A DNA stretch of 64,000 nt. It comes from Lachnospiraceae bacterium. Lineage in GTDB: Bacteria > Bacillota > Clostridia > Lachnospirales > Lachnospiraceae. The stretch spans positions 616-64,615 of the forward strand of contig JBJENY010000054.1 in assembly GCA_051880435.1 (NCBI GenBank), given 5' to 3'. The notes beneath the pieces were generated by a model. It was given only the letters and a program-made list of their open reading frames with translations. It was not told where the DNA came from and did no database searches. How positions within the stretch are numbered: the first letter of the stretch is position 1; every line of letters starts with the position of its first letter. The position numbers were made by a program, and so were the translations under genes. Of the stretch, positions 46,353-56,342 are shown piece by piece.

Positions 46353-46784
46353 ATGAAAATATCTACAAGAGGCCGTTATGCCATCAGAGTTATGATTGAT
46401 TTAGCAGAACACAATACAGGTGAGTATGTCCCTTTGACAGATATTGCAAAAAGACAGGAGATTTCTGAAAAATATTTGGAAGCAATTGTTGCTTCATTGG
46501 TTAAAAGTGGTAACTTAAAAGCGTTACGTGGAAAAAAAGGTGGTTATCGTCTTGTCAAAGAACCAAGCGAATATACAATGAAAAGTATTCTAGAGGTTAC
46601 AGAAGGGGAGTTTGCTCCGGTTTCTTGTATGGAGAGTGGAGTGAATCAGTGTGAACGCTATGGCGAATGTAAAACCATTAAAATGTGGGAAGGTCTTAAC
46701 AAGGTAATTGGCGATTATTTTGAAGGGATTACCTTAGAGGATTTAGTAAATGAAGGAAAAGGCGGAGATGACTATGTCATTTAG
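46353..46784 (+). CDS. Rrf2-family regulator (CymR/IscR-like)
   Basis: MKISTRGRYAIRVMIDLA start, HTH ..DIAKRQEISEKYLEAIVASLVKSG... It has two Cys (C92, C106) in the segment where IscR-type Cys ligands sit. Confidence 0.88.
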   Translation: MKISTRGRYAIRVMIDLAEHNTGEYVPLTDIAKRQEISEKYLEAIVASLVKSGNLKALRGKKGGYRLVKEPSEYTMKSILEVTEGEFAPVSCMESGVNQCERYGECKTIKMWEGLNKVIGDYFEGITLEDLVNEGKGGDDYVI

Positions 46785-47511
46785 CAGAACAAAGCTTTTG
46801 TTAGGTCAGGATGCCATGACACGTCTTCAAAATGCCCGGGTGGCAGTATTTGGTGTTGGTGGTGTTGGGGGATATGTAGTAGAAGCTCTGGTTCGTAGTG
46901 GTGTTGGAGCAATTGATATGATTGACAGTGATACCGTAAGCCAAACGAATATAAATCGTCAGATAATTGCCACAACAAAAACAGTAGGCAGGTACAAGGT
47001 TGATGTAATGAAGGAACGGATTTTAGAAATTAATCCTGACTGTAAAGTAAATGGTTATTGTTGTTTTTATTTACCGGAAACAAAGGATGAATTTGATTTT
47101 TCCGGGTATGATTATGTTGTGGATGCAGTGGACACGGTAACTGCAAAAATACAGCTGGTAATGGAAGCCAAGGAAAAAAATGTTCCTATCATCAGTAGTA
47201 TGGGTGCGGGTAATAAATTAAACCCTGCAGAATTTGAAGTGGCAGATATATCGAAAACTTCCGTTTGTCCTTTGGCGAAAGTGATGAGACGAGAACTAAA
47301 AAAAAGAGGTGTGAATCATTTAAAAGTGGTTTATTCTAAGGAAAAGCCACTAACGCCTGCTCCTTGTGATGAGGATAGTGGAAAAAGAGTTACACCGGGT
47401 TCTGTTGCCTTTGTACCCTCGGTGGCAGGGTTAATTATTGCATCAGAAGTAATAAAAGATTTGATAAAAAATGAGAGTGAACATGTATACAGTAACAATA
47501 GAACAATTTGA
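46774..47511 (+). CDS. tcdA: tRNA threonylcarbamoyladenosine dehydratase (ThiF/E1-like)
   Basis: VAVFGVGGVGGYVVEAL Rossmann loop, ..DSDTVSQTNINRQ... Overlaps the rrf2 stop; the start could also be ATG 46768. Confidence 0.85.
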   Translation: MSFSRTKLLLGQDAMTRLQNARVAVFGVGGVGGYVVEALVRSGVGAIDMIDSDTVSQTNINRQIIATTKTVGRYKVDVMKERILEINPDCKVNGYCCFYLPETKDEFDFSGYDYVVDAVDTVTAKIQLVMEAKEKNVPIISSMGAGNKLNPAEFEVADISKTSVCPLAKVMRRELKKRGVNHLKVVYSKEKPLTPAPCDEDSGKRVTPGSVAFVPSVAGLIIASEVIKDLIKNESEHVYSNNRTI

Positions 47512-48610
47512 AAATGACAAAAGAGAAAAGTGTATTGTTGATTTGCGTACCACTGAGAAATATGAGAGAAAAACATTAGAAGGTGCCATTCATATTTATT
47601 GGGAGGACTTAGAACAGCATATCAACGAATTGCCTATGGATAAGCCTGTTTATTTTTTGTGTAATACGGGAATCAAAAGTGCGCAGGTGGCGGCTGATAT
47701 GCGGGAGCGGGGATATGATGCGTATAGTATTGCGCAAGGTTATCATGCATACTTGAGACTGGAAGCTCAAAAACAGTGTACCGTTACTGCCAAAGACGTG
47801 GAACGCAGTATTGTAAAGCGTTTTCGCAAAGAAATCTGGCGCCCTTTTGTGAAAGCCATCAATGAATATGACATGATTCAGGATGGCGACCGGATTGCTG
47901 TATGTATTTCCGGTGGAAAAGATTCCATGCTGTTAGCAAAGCTTTTTCAGGAATTGGAACGTCATGGGAAGAAAAATTTTGAATGTGAATACTTAGTAAT
48001 GAATCCGGGGTATAATGATATTAATTATCAGACCATTGTTAACAATGCAAAGCTGTTAGATGTACCTATTAAGGTGTTTGATTCTGATATTTTTGATACT
48101 GTAGCAAAGGATGATATTGGTGGTTCTCCCTGTTATTTGTGTGCCCGTATGAGAAGAGGATTTTTATATGCTCATGCAAAGGAGCTTGGGTGTAATAAGA
48201 TTGCATTAGGTCATCATTTTGATGATGTGATAGAAACCATTGTTATGGGTATGCTTTATGGAGCACAAATTCAAACCATGATGCCAAAGCTTCACAGTAC
48301 GAATTTTGAAGGGATGGAATTAATTCGTCCTATGTATTTGATAAGAGAGGATGACATTGAACACTTTAGGGATTATAATCATTTATATTTCATTCAATGT
48401 GCCTGCCGTTTTACTGAGAGCTATGAAAGTGATGGAGAAGTGGAACAAACATCTAAACGAAAAGAAGTGAAGGAACTAATCAGACAGTTGGCGCAAAAGG
48501 ATCCGGTAATTGAAAAAAATATATTTAAAAGTGTGGAAAATGTTAATTTAAATACAGTAATCGCATATAAGGATGAGGATGGAAAACATCATTTCCTGGA
48601 TGATTATTGA
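47483..48610 (+). CDS. rhodanese domain fused to TtcA-family PP-loop tRNA thiolase
   Basis: N-terminal ~100-aa rhodanese with the CNTGIKS active-site loop. Then SGGKDS PP-loop, SPCYLCARMRRG and IQCACRF Cys motifs as in TtcA-type enzymes. The start is uncertain (47471 or 47483). Confidence 0.8.
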   Translation: MYTVTIEQFENDKREKCIVDLRTTEKYERKTLEGAIHIYWEDLEQHINELPMDKPVYFLCNTGIKSAQVAADMRERGYDAYSIAQGYHAYLRLEAQKQCTVTAKDVERSIVKRFRKEIWRPFVKAINEYDMIQDGDRIAVCISGGKDSMLLAKLFQELERHGKKNFECEYLVMNPGYNDINYQTIVNNAKLLDVPIKVFDSDIFDTVAKDDIGGSPCYLCARMRRGFLYAHAKELGCNKIALGHHFDDVIETIVMGMLYGAQIQTMMPKLHSTNFEGMELIRPMYLIREDDIEHFRDYNHLYFIQCACRFTESYESDGEVEQTSKRKEVKELIRQLAQKDPVIEKNIFKSVENVNLNTVIAYKDEDGKHHFLDDY

Positions 48611-48634
48611 TGATAAATGTAGGAGGATTTTACA

Positions 48635-48847
48635 ATGGAAATTACAAAACAGACAACAATGGGAGAAATGCTTCAGTACGATATGGGTATTGCGTATATT
48701 TTAATGGAGGCAGGAATGCACTGTGTTGGATGCCCTTCTTCCGTGGGGGAATCCTTAGAGGAAGCCTGTGCCGTGCATGGACTGGATGTTGATGAAGTAT
48801 TTGCGGATATTCAGGCGTATCTAAAAGAAAAAGAAACAAATAAGTAA
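48635..48847 (+). CDS. DUF1858-type small redox-disulfide protein
   Basis: 70 aa. ..MGIAYILMEAGMHCVGCPSS..ESLEEAC..HG.. is the typical DUF1858 signature. GGAGG RBS. Confidence 0.75.
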   Translation: MEITKQTTMGEMLQYDMGIAYILMEAGMHCVGCPSSVGESLEEACAVHGLDVDEVFADIQAYLKEKETNK

Positions 48848-49028
48848 TTGTATCAGGAACAGTGTGGTGTTTGCCGTGCTGTTTCTTTTTCTTGTAGGTG
48901 TTTGCGAAATGCATAAAGATAACCTTTTGCGTTGTGAATTTTTATAAATCTCAAATGCATTTCGCAAACGTCTATTATTTTTCTTAGTTTGAAAGGATAA
49001 TATTATTTTGAGGAAAGGTGTTTGTGAT

Positions 49029-49670
49029 ATGAACCAGCATAAGAAAACATTTTATAAAAATCAGGCAGAATCTATTATTCATAAATTAAAGGCAAGAAAA
49101 ATGGATGGATATTACTGTGATACCATAACTGAGGCCGAAAAAAAGGTGTTAGAGCTAATCGGTGAACCGGGAAAGAGTGTTGGTTACGGTGGCTCTATGA
49201 CCATTGATGACAGTGATTTAAAATCAAAAATTGCCGCAGCGGGACATGATTTGATTGAGAGGGAAAAACTGAATCAGACATCGGAAGGAGAGGCAGAGTG
49301 TAAATCCAGACTGATTAATGCAGATACTTTTTTGATGAGTACAAATGCCATTACATTAGATGGTGAGCTGATTAATATTGATGGAATTGGAAATCGTGTG
49401 GCATTTCTGATTTATGGTCCAAAGCAGGTGATTGTAATTGCAGGAATGAACAAAGTGGTTGCTAACGTGGAGGATGGAATTAGAAGGGTTCGTAACTTTG
49501 CATCACCACCTAATACTGTCCGGTTAAACTGTGATACACCATGTGCGGTTACAGGTCAGTGTGCAGACTGTTTAACTAACAGTATTTGTTGTCAGATTGT
49601 GACAACAAGGGTCTCTCGTATACCCGGAAGAATTAAAGTTATTTTAGTTGGAGAAGCGTTAGGGTATTAA
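49029..49670 (+). CDS. LUD-domain (YkgG/DUF162-like) protein with Cys-rich C-terminus
   Basis: ..GGSMTI.., ..FLMSTNAITLDGELINIDGIGNRV.. and CDTPCAVTGQCADCLTNSICC. AAGGTG lies 8 nt before ATG 49029. Confidence 0.7.
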   Translation: MNQHKKTFYKNQAESIIHKLKARKMDGYYCDTITEAEKKVLELIGEPGKSVGYGGSMTIDDSDLKSKIAAAGHDLIEREKLNQTSEGEAECKSRLINADTFLMSTNAITLDGELINIDGIGNRVAFLIYGPKQVIVIAGMNKVVANVEDGIRRVRNFASPPNTVRLNCDTPCAVTGQCADCLTNSICCQIVTTRVSRIPGRIKVILVGEALGY

Positions 49671-49714
49671 AATGAGCTGATTTTGATATATTTTCTTTAT
49701 TATCGTAAGTAAAT

Positions 49715-49723
49715 ATGATATAA
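49715..49723 (+). promoter_or_regulatory. extended -10 (TGATATAAT) upstream of second MCP gene
   Basis: TG-N-TATAAT read directly from the sequence, 34 nt upstream of the GTG start. Confidence 0.45.
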
Positions 49724-49756
49724 TGTTGAAAAATGTCGTGTAGGAGGAGAAGGAAA

Positions 49757-51454
49757 GTGCAAAAGAAATTCAGGATTACTGATTTTAAAACCATTGTATT
49801 TGGGATGATTGTTATCAGCTCTTTGTTTGTTGCTTTGGCAAGTATGATTACTACATATGTTGAGTTTGGTGGCAGTTTAACAAAAACTTTGGAAAATTAT
49901 ATGGAAGATATGGCTACTAGCGGGGGAATGGTAGCACAGATTCTATATGAAGAACATGGAGAAGAAGTTCCTGTAGAGGAATGGGAAAGAAGCTTTAAAG
50001 ATACAAAGATTGAAAAGCTTCCTTCCAGTTATGTTTATGTAGTGGATGCACAATCAACTATAATGTTGTATCATCCAACTGCAGAAAAAATAGGAGAGCC
50101 TGTTTCCAATGAAGTGATTTTAGGCCTGTGTGAAAAAATAGCCGCAGGAAAGAGCTTTCAATCAGAGGCATACGTGGAGTATGTATTCAAGGGAGCAGAT
50201 AAAATGGCTGCTTATTCAGTTGTAGGAGATAATCATTATATTGTAGTTGTTACTGCTGATAAAGCTGATATTGATTCTGTAGTAAATAAGATTATGCAAA
50301 AAACAATATTAATTGTTTTGGTTTGCCTGACGTTGCTGTTAGTGGCTGCAGTATTTATTAACATTAAGATTATGGGTGATCTAAATACGGTGACAAAGTC
50401 TGTGCAGCAATTAAGCAATTTTGAATTAACAGATAATGAGGCGGAGACAAACCGTCTTTGCAGTAAGCAAAGTGAAATTGGAGATATTGCCAGGGCTGTT
50501 CGCGAATTGAGAGAGACATTACGTCATACAATTTCAATTTTAAAGGATAATTCAGAAAGACTGGTAGGTTATTCTACAGAATTATCCCAGCATTCAGATT
50601 ATGTAACAGATTCTATGAACAATATAGACAGTGCCTGTAATGAGATTGCAGAAGGGGCAACAAGTCAGGCTCATTCAACGGAAGAAGCAACTCAGGCTGC
50701 TTATAAAATGGGTCATTTGATAGAGTCCTCTATTCGTGCAGTAGATAGTCTGAATTATGTTTCCAGAGAAGTTAAGGATGCTACGGATTCCGTTAGTGAA
50801 AGACTTTCTGAGGTGAGAGAATCCAATAAGAAGGTTACAGAAGTAACAAAACAGATTAAGACCAGTATTATGGAAACATCAGAGTCTGCTGAAAATATTC
50901 GTCAGGCTGCAGATGTTATTACAGATATTGCCAGCCAGACTAATCTCTTGTCATTAAACGCATCCATTGAAGCTGCCAGAGCCGGTGAAGCAGGACGAGG
51001 TTTTGCAGTTGTTGCATCTGAGATATCTCAGTTGGCGGATCAGTCGAATGAAGCTGCTGTAAAAATTCGTGGAATTATTAGTGAATTAATTGATAATTCA
51101 AATCGCTCGGTAGAGGAGATTCAGGATGCTCAGCATATTACAGAAGAACAAACGGAGCGTTTGATGGAAGCCGTTGGAGAATTTACAAAAACAAAGAGCG
51201 GCTTAGACCATGCGTTAACAGAAATTGACAACGTAAAGAAATCTACGGTTGAAATTAATCGTTCTAAGGATCAGGTGCTAGATATTATTCAGGCGTTGTC
51301 AGCTATTAGTGAACAAAATGCTGCTTCTACAGAGGAAACAGCAGCTTCCGTTACAGAAGCAAAATCCGTTGTAGGTGATGTGGCTGAAAAAGCAGTCCAT
51401 GTAAGTGGAATTGCAGAACAGTTAGGTGAGGATGCTAATAAGTGGATTCTCTAA
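49757..51454 (+). CDS. methyl-accepting chemotaxis protein
   Basis: GTG 49757 lies 9 nt after AGGAGG; the ATG at 49733 has no RBS. TM, sensor, TM, HAMP, then [27 protein letters not shown]. Confidence 0.9.
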   Translation: MQKKFRITDFKTIVFGMIVISSLFVALASMITTYVEFGGSLTKTLENYMEDMATSGGMVAQILYEEHGEEVPVEEWERSFKDTKIEKLPSSYVYVVDAQSTIMLYHPTAEKIGEPVSNEVILGLCEKIAAGKSFQSEAYVEYVFKGADKMAAYSVVGDNHYIVVVTADKADIDSVVNKIMQKTILIVLVCLTLLLVAAVFINIKIMGDLNTVTKSVQQLSNFELTDNEAETNRLCSKQSEIGDIARAVRELRETLRHTISILKDNSERLVGYSTELSQHSDYVTDSMNNIDSACNEIAEGATSQAHSTEEATQAAYKMGHLIESSIRAVDSLNYVSREVKDATDSVSERLSEVRESNKKVTEVTKQIKTSIMETSESAENIRQAADVITDIASQTNLLSLNASIEAARAGEAGRGFAVVASEISQLADQSNEAAVKIRGIISELIDNSNRSVEEIQDAQHITEEQTERLMEAVGEFTKTKSGLDHALTEIDNVKKSTVEINRSKDQVLDIIQALSAISEQNAASTEETAASVTEAKSVVGDVAEKAVHVSGIAEQLGEDANKWIL

Positions 51455-51464
51455 TAAAACTAAT

Positions 51465-51527
51465 ATGGGGTCAGACCTTGTGAACAATTTGTGAAGGAAT
51501 TGTGAAAGGGGTCTGACCCCATTTTTT
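51465..51527 (+). terminator. terminator (11-13-bp arms, 32-nt interior with inner ACAATT/AATTGT stem) + T6
   Basis: GGGGTCAGACC (51467-51477) / GGTCTGACCCC (51510-51520), then ATTTTTT. Confidence 0.7.
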
Positions 51528-51604
51528 GGTTGATATAAAGGGGGATTTATGATACCATAAAGCTGTAGTAGTGTCTATTATAGATTGGTGTTTTAGGTGA
51601 TAAT

Positions 51605-52054
51605 ATGGTTCATGAAAAAAATGTGAAATTAATGACTAAAATGGCCATATATGAGAAGAATGAAGGTAAGTACCAAATTCCCATGACGGGTTTTTTTAGA
51701 GGTGACTATGTACGGATGAATACCTTGAAATCTGTTGTAGGTGGAACAGTGGCTTTTTTTTTGGTAGTTATACTTGTTGTTTTGTATAAGGCAGAGTTTA
51801 TTTTGGCAAACATTATGAAGATGGATTACAAGAAAATAGGAATGGAAGTCCTTTGTATTTATGCTGTTGTGTTTGTCCTGTATTGGTTGCTTGCCCGCAT
51901 TATTTATATGAGAAGATACGAGAAGGCAAGAAAGAATATTATAGAATATAATCAAAATTTAAAAAGTCTGCAGGAAGAGATGAAAAAACTGGAAGTTAAG
52001 ACCGGTATACCAAAGGGAGGGATTGTAATCAATGACGACTTTATGGACTTTTAG
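51605..52054 (+). CDS. hypothetical 2-TM protein with C-terminal coiled-coil (149 aa)
   Basis: TMs VVGGTVAFFLVVILVVLY and VLCIYAVVFVLYWLLARII. Overlaps the next ORF by 23 nt. Confidence 0.55.
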   Translation: MVHEKNVKLMTKMAIYEKNEGKYQIPMTGFFRGDYVRMNTLKSVVGGTVAFFLVVILVVLYKAEFILANIMKMDYKKIGMEVLCIYAVVFVLYWLLARIIYMRRYEKARKNIIEYNQNLKSLQEEMKKLEVKTGIPKGGIVINDDFMDF

Positions 52055-52970
52055 AGATAACGCCAAGACGATATATAGTCGTTATGATTATATATTTACA
52101 CCTATTTTGAAATTTATTTTATCATTTCTTGTTATTATGAATATTAATAGCAGGACCGGATACATGGCTTTTTTGAATCAAAATTATATTGTGTTCTTAT
52201 TATCGATTTTATGTGCTTTTTTGCCAATCGAGTTTTTGGCCGGGATATCATTTGTTGTATTAATTGGACAATCCTTTAAGACATCCTTGGATGCCTGTTT
52301 ACTTGGAGTGATATTAATTTTGATATTTTATTTTGGATATATGAGATTTGTGCCAAAGACCGGTGTTTTGGTATTTCTTGTTCCTATATTTCAGATGTTA
52401 CATTTAACCTATGCAATACCGGTATTATTTGGATTCCTTTTTGGTCCGTCTGCTATGGTAGCAGTTGCTTTTGGTTTGATTGTTTCTGCTTATGAAACGG
52501 AATTAGGGGAATTGGTAAATGTATTGGCTAAGGTTTCAGAGGATGATGAGGCAATACAGGGATACCAGTATATTTTAAGCGAATTGCTTGCAAATAAACA
52601 AATGATGCTTACCATGCTGGTGTTTGCTGTGGTAATTCTGATTACATATTTGATTTATCGTCTGCCATTTGAACATTCATGGATTGTTTCATTTTTTGTG
52701 GGTGGTATTTTAAATATTGTATTATTCCTTATGGGAAGCGTAATGTTTTTGGTTGAAGTTGATCTTATGCCGGTGTTGATTGGTAGTGGTGTAAGTGTAC
52801 TGATAGCAATTGTGATTCAGTTCTTTAAAGGAGTTTTGGATTATCAAAGAACGGAATTGTTGCAGTTTGAAGATGATGATTATTACTATTATGTAAAAGC
52901 AATTCCAAAGCTTTCGATTTCGGAAAAGAAAGCAAATGTAAAGCATATTAATTCAAAGACGAATAAATAA
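52032..52970 (+). CDS. hypothetical polytopic membrane protein (312 aa)
   Basis: About 8 TM helices and no motif I recognise. It sits directly upstream of cdaA, with an 18-nt gap. Confidence 0.6.
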   Translation: MTTLWTFRDNAKTIYSRYDYIFTPILKFILSFLVIMNINSRTGYMAFLNQNYIVFLLSILCAFLPIEFLAGISFVVLIGQSFKTSLDACLLGVILILIFYFGYMRFVPKTGVLVFLVPIFQMLHLTYAIPVLFGFLFGPSAMVAVAFGLIVSAYETELGELVNVLAKVSEDDEAIQGYQYILSELLANKQMMLTMLVFAVVILITYLIYRLPFEHSWIVSFFVGGILNIVLFLMGSVMFLVEVDLMPVLIGSGVSVLIAIVIQFFKGVLDYQRTELLQFEDDDYYYYVKAIPKLSISEKKANVKHINSKTNK

Positions 52971-52987
52971 ATGGAGATGAAGGTAAC

Positions 52988-53872
52988 TTGGAAAATATCA
53001 AAAATTTTTTATCCACCTATTTTGATTGGTTTTATATTCCAAAGATTACAATTTCAGATGTGTTCGAAATCCTTTTGATTGCCATTATCGTATATTATGT
53101 GATGGATTGGTTTAAGAAAACAAGAGCCTGGACCTTAATAAAGGGCGTAGTTGTGTTGCTTTTAATTACAGCTGTTGCTTTTGCATTTCAGTTTAATACC
53201 ATACTTTGGATTTTTAAAAATACCATTAGTGTAGGTGTTATTGCCATTATCATTATTTTTCAACCGGAGTTTCGGCGTGCCTTGGAACAGCTTGGCAGAA
53301 GAAATTATTTGAGTGTGTTATTGAATGCTGATATGAATAAGTCTACGAGCAAACTGGACAAACGATCATTAGGTGAAATTGCAAAAGCATCATATATTAT
53401 GGGTGAAAATAAAACAGGTGCATTAATTGTTATTGAAAAAAATGTAAGACTTGGAGACTATGAAAGAACGGGTATTAATATTGATGCGGAAATATCCAGC
53501 CAATTGTTAATTAATATTTTTGAACATAATACACCATTACATGATGGTGCGGTGCTGGTGCGTGATAATCGTATTGTAAGTGCTACCTGTTATCTTCCAT
53601 TAACGGATAATATGGATATTAATAAGGATTTGGGGACAAGACATCGTGCAGCTATTGGTGTCAGTGAAGTGTCTGATAGTATAACGGTTATTGTATCTGA
53701 AGAAACCGGTGCAGTTTCTTTGGCTCATAATGGAAATATTTATCGCGGTCTTGAAAAGGAAGCGTTTATTTCAAAAATTAGTGAGCTTATGAATAGCGAG
53801 TCTATTATAAAGAAAACAAAATGGTGGAAAGGAATTGATAAAAATGAAAAAACTGATTCTGAACCATCTTGA
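52988..53872 (+). CDS. cdaA: diadenylate cyclase CdaA
   Basis: 3 N-terminal TM helices, then a DAC domain with GALIVIE, TPLHDGAVLV and GTRHRAAIGVSE. TTG start. Confidence 0.92.
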   Translation: MENIKNFLSTYFDWFYIPKITISDVFEILLIAIIVYYVMDWFKKTRAWTLIKGVVVLLLITAVAFAFQFNTILWIFKNTISVGVIAIIIIFQPEFRRALEQLGRRNYLSVLLNADMNKSTSKLDKRSLGEIAKASYIMGENKTGALIVIEKNVRLGDYERTGINIDAEISSQLLINIFEHNTPLHDGAVLVRDNRIVSATCYLPLTDNMDINKDLGTRHRAAIGVSEVSDSITVIVSEETGAVSLAHNGNIYRGLEKEAFISKISELMNSESIIKKTKWWKGIDKNEKTDSEPS

Positions 53873-55073
53873 TTTGAAAGTAGTATCCCTGGTTATTGCA
53901 ATATTAATCTGGATTGTTGTAGCAAATGTAGATGATTATAAAACGACCAAACAAATTACCGGGATTGAAATCGAATTTGTGAATGGAAATGCGATTACAG
54001 AGCGGAATAAGGTGTATGAGGTTCCGGAAGGTACTACGATAGACATTGTGATTAAGGGACCGAGAAGCACGGTAGAAGGATTGACAAGAGATGATTTTAA
54101 AGCAGTTGCTGATTTGTCGAAAATGTCTATTACAAATGCTGTGTTAGTGGATGTTTCTGCTGTTAGTAGTCGTGTGGATAAAGAAATTTCTATTGCCTAC
54201 TCTAACAATGCTGTTAATGTTGAAGTAGAGGACAAGGTTGAAAAACAGTTACCTATTACTGTTAAGATAAAGTCTTCTGTTGCGGAGGGATATGCAATCA
54301 GTAATAAATCTGCAACTCCAAATCTCATCACTGTAAAAGGTGCGGAAAGTATCGTTAATACTATTAGTGAAGTGTATGTAGAAGTAGATGTGTCAAAGGC
54401 TAATCGAGACATTGTTGCGTATGGAGAACCTGTTTTCTTAGATTATGCCGGTGAAGTAATTGACGCTACTCGGTTTGAGTATGATGTGACAACTGCAGAA
54501 GTAACAGTTCAGGTTAAAAAGACAAAGGAACTTGCTGTGAAAGTCAAAACACAGGGTGAGGTTAAGAGCGGTTATGCAATTAGTAGTATTGATTATCAGC
54601 CTACTAGTGTTGTAGTTGTTGGAGAGCCGGAAGATCTTGCAAGGGTTGACGAGATTGTGATAGGTGATATTAAGGTTTCCGGTTGTGATCAGGATTTGGA
54701 AACTTCTGTTAATATTGCTGATTACTTACCAAGTGGTATTGTTATTGCGGATGAAACAGAAGAAATTATGATTAAGGTCATAATAGAAGAAATTAAAGAA
54801 AAAACAATCAAGATTAATAATAGTGACATCAATATTGTTGGTAAAAATAATGATTACACTTATTCCTTTGTAAACAAAGACGGCGTATCCATAACAGCAA
54901 AGGGTCTCAAAAATGTTTTGGATGATTTGAAGATAACAAATTTGATACCAAGTATAGATGTTACAAATTACAAACCGGGTATTTATGAATTTAAATTAAA
55001 TTTACGGGATGTAAATGGTGTTACAATTGAAGATATCTACGTGGTGGAGCTGGAAATAAAGAGCAAATCATAG
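53844..55073 (+). CDS. cdaR: CdaA regulator CdaR (YbbR-repeat protein)
   Basis: N-terminal TM (LKVVSLVIAILIWIVVA) followed by four beta-rich repeats of about 85 aa. Overlaps the cdaA end. Confidence 0.85.
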   Translation: MKKLILNHLDLKVVSLVIAILIWIVVANVDDYKTTKQITGIEIEFVNGNAITERNKVYEVPEGTTIDIVIKGPRSTVEGLTRDDFKAVADLSKMSITNAVLVDVSAVSSRVDKEISIAYSNNAVNVEVEDKVEKQLPITVKIKSSVAEGYAISNKSATPNLITVKGAESIVNTISEVYVEVDVSKANRDIVAYGEPVFLDYAGEVIDATRFEYDVTTAEVTVQVKKTKELAVKVKTQGEVKSGYAISSIDYQPTSVVVVGEPEDLARVDEIVIGDIKVSGCDQDLETSVNIADYLPSGIVIADETEEIMIKVIIEEIKEKTIKINNSDINIVGKNNDYTYSFVNKDGVSITAKGLKNVLDDLKITNLIPSIDVTNYKPGIYEFKLNLRDVNGVTIEDIYVVELEIKSKS

Positions 55074-55087
55074 CAGATGATGGGGGG

Positions 55088-55372
55088 ATGGTTATGGTTT
55101 CACAGAAATTTGTAGTGATGGAGCCAACCGGTCTGCATTTACGCCCAGCAGGTTTGATTTGTGATGAAAGTATAAAGTATCAGTCAAAGATACTGCTTGT
55201 TAAAGGAAATCACATTGCGAATGCGAAAAGTGTGTTGGGAGTTTTAGCGGCAAGAGTGCAGCAAGGAGATGAAATAGAAATTCAATGTGAAGGTCCGGAT
55301 GAAGAACAGGCTCTTCTGGCACTAACGCAACTTGTGCAGAGTGGGTTTAAACAAGAATGTAATGAGAAGTAG
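55088..55372 (+). CDS. HPr-family phosphocarrier protein
   Basis: His-15 context TGLHLRPA and Ser-46 context ANAKSVLGVL; about 90 aa. Confidence 0.85.
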   Translation: MVMVSQKFVVMEPTGLHLRPAGLICDESIKYQSKILLVKGNHIANAKSVLGVLAARVQQGDEIEIQCEGPDEEQALLALTQLVQSGFKQECNEK

Positions 55373-55413
55373 AAACGGATAGTTTTGTATATTATTAGTT
55401 TGGAGATGATAAA

Positions 55414-56145
55414 ATGCTTCATGAGGAATCTCAAAAGAAAATTGAACAGTTAAGGGATGTTATTAATAATAGTGATAATATTGTATTTTTTGGTGGTGCG
55501 GGAGTTTCTACAGAAAGTGGAATTCCTGATTTTAGAAGTGTAGACGGATTGTATCATCAGCAATACAAATATCCACCGGAAACAATGGTAAGTCATAGTT
55601 TTTATGTTCGTCATACAGAGGAGTTTTTTGATTTTTACAAGAATAAAATGATTGCGCTGGAAGCAAAACCTAATATGGCACATATAAAACTGGCTGAACT
55701 TGAGAAAAGTGGAAAGTTAAAAGCAGTAATTACGCAAAATATTGATGGATTACATCAAATGGCAGGTAGTAAAGAAGTATTGGAGCTTCATGGAAGTGTT
55801 CATCGCAATTATTGTGAACAATGTGGAAAGTTTTATTCTGTTTCTCATATTATTGAGTCAAAGGGGGTTCCTGTTTGCGAATGTGGCGGAACTGTAAAGC
55901 CTGATGTGGTTTTGTATGAGGAAGGTCTTGATTATGAAACGATGCAAAAATCTATTCAATATATCCGGAACGCAGACGTTTTAATTATTGGCGGAACTTC
56001 CTTGGCAGTGTATCCGGCAGCAGGATTTATTGATTACTTTGGGGGGTCTTGTCTCGTGGTAATTAATATGGCAGAAACCTCGAAGGAGGTAAAAGCTGAT
56101 CTTGTAATTCGGGAGCGAATTGGCGAGGTGTTTTCGCAACTGTAG
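55414..56145 (+). CDS. cobB: NAD-dependent protein deacylase (Sir2 family)
   Basis: GAGVSTESGIPDFRS, QNIDGLH, catalytic HG, Zn ribbon CEQCG..CECGG. Confidence 0.9.
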   Translation: MLHEESQKKIEQLRDVINNSDNIVFFGGAGVSTESGIPDFRSVDGLYHQQYKYPPETMVSHSFYVRHTEEFFDFYKNKMIALEAKPNMAHIKLAELEKSGKLKAVITQNIDGLHQMAGSKEVLELHGSVHRNYCEQCGKFYSVSHIIESKGVPVCECGGTVKPDVVLYEEGLDYETMQKSIQYIRNADVLIIGGTSLAVYPAAGFIDYFGGSCLVVINMAETSKEVKADLVIRERIGEVFSQL

Positions 56146-56258
56146 TTGTATAAAAATATATACATAATAGTAAAAATTTAGAAATTATATGGCTTTTGGC
56201 TATTTCAAAATACAGCTGTGAATAATCGGGGATAATTAAATTTTAATATTAGTAAAAT

Positions 56259-56342
56259 AAAAAGGCATGGATTGTGTACCGACACCAAAATGTTAGAGTG
56301 AAATCTAACAATTGGAGGTAGGAACGCAGTCCATGCCTTTTT
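56259..56342. terminator. terminator-like split palindrome (A5-GGCATGGA ... TCCATGCC-T5, 58-nt interior)
   Basis: Arms at 56259-56271 and 56330-56342. The interior contains the hairpin TGTTAGA/TCTAACA (56291-56310). Confidence 0.5.

Noticed and set aside
53009-53017. DnaA box-like TTATCCACC, considered together with the repeat arrays as a hint of a replication origin.
   Set aside because: It is a single imperfect box inside the cdaA coding sequence. There is no cluster of boxes, no AT-rich unwinding element context, and no dnaA/dnaN nearby.
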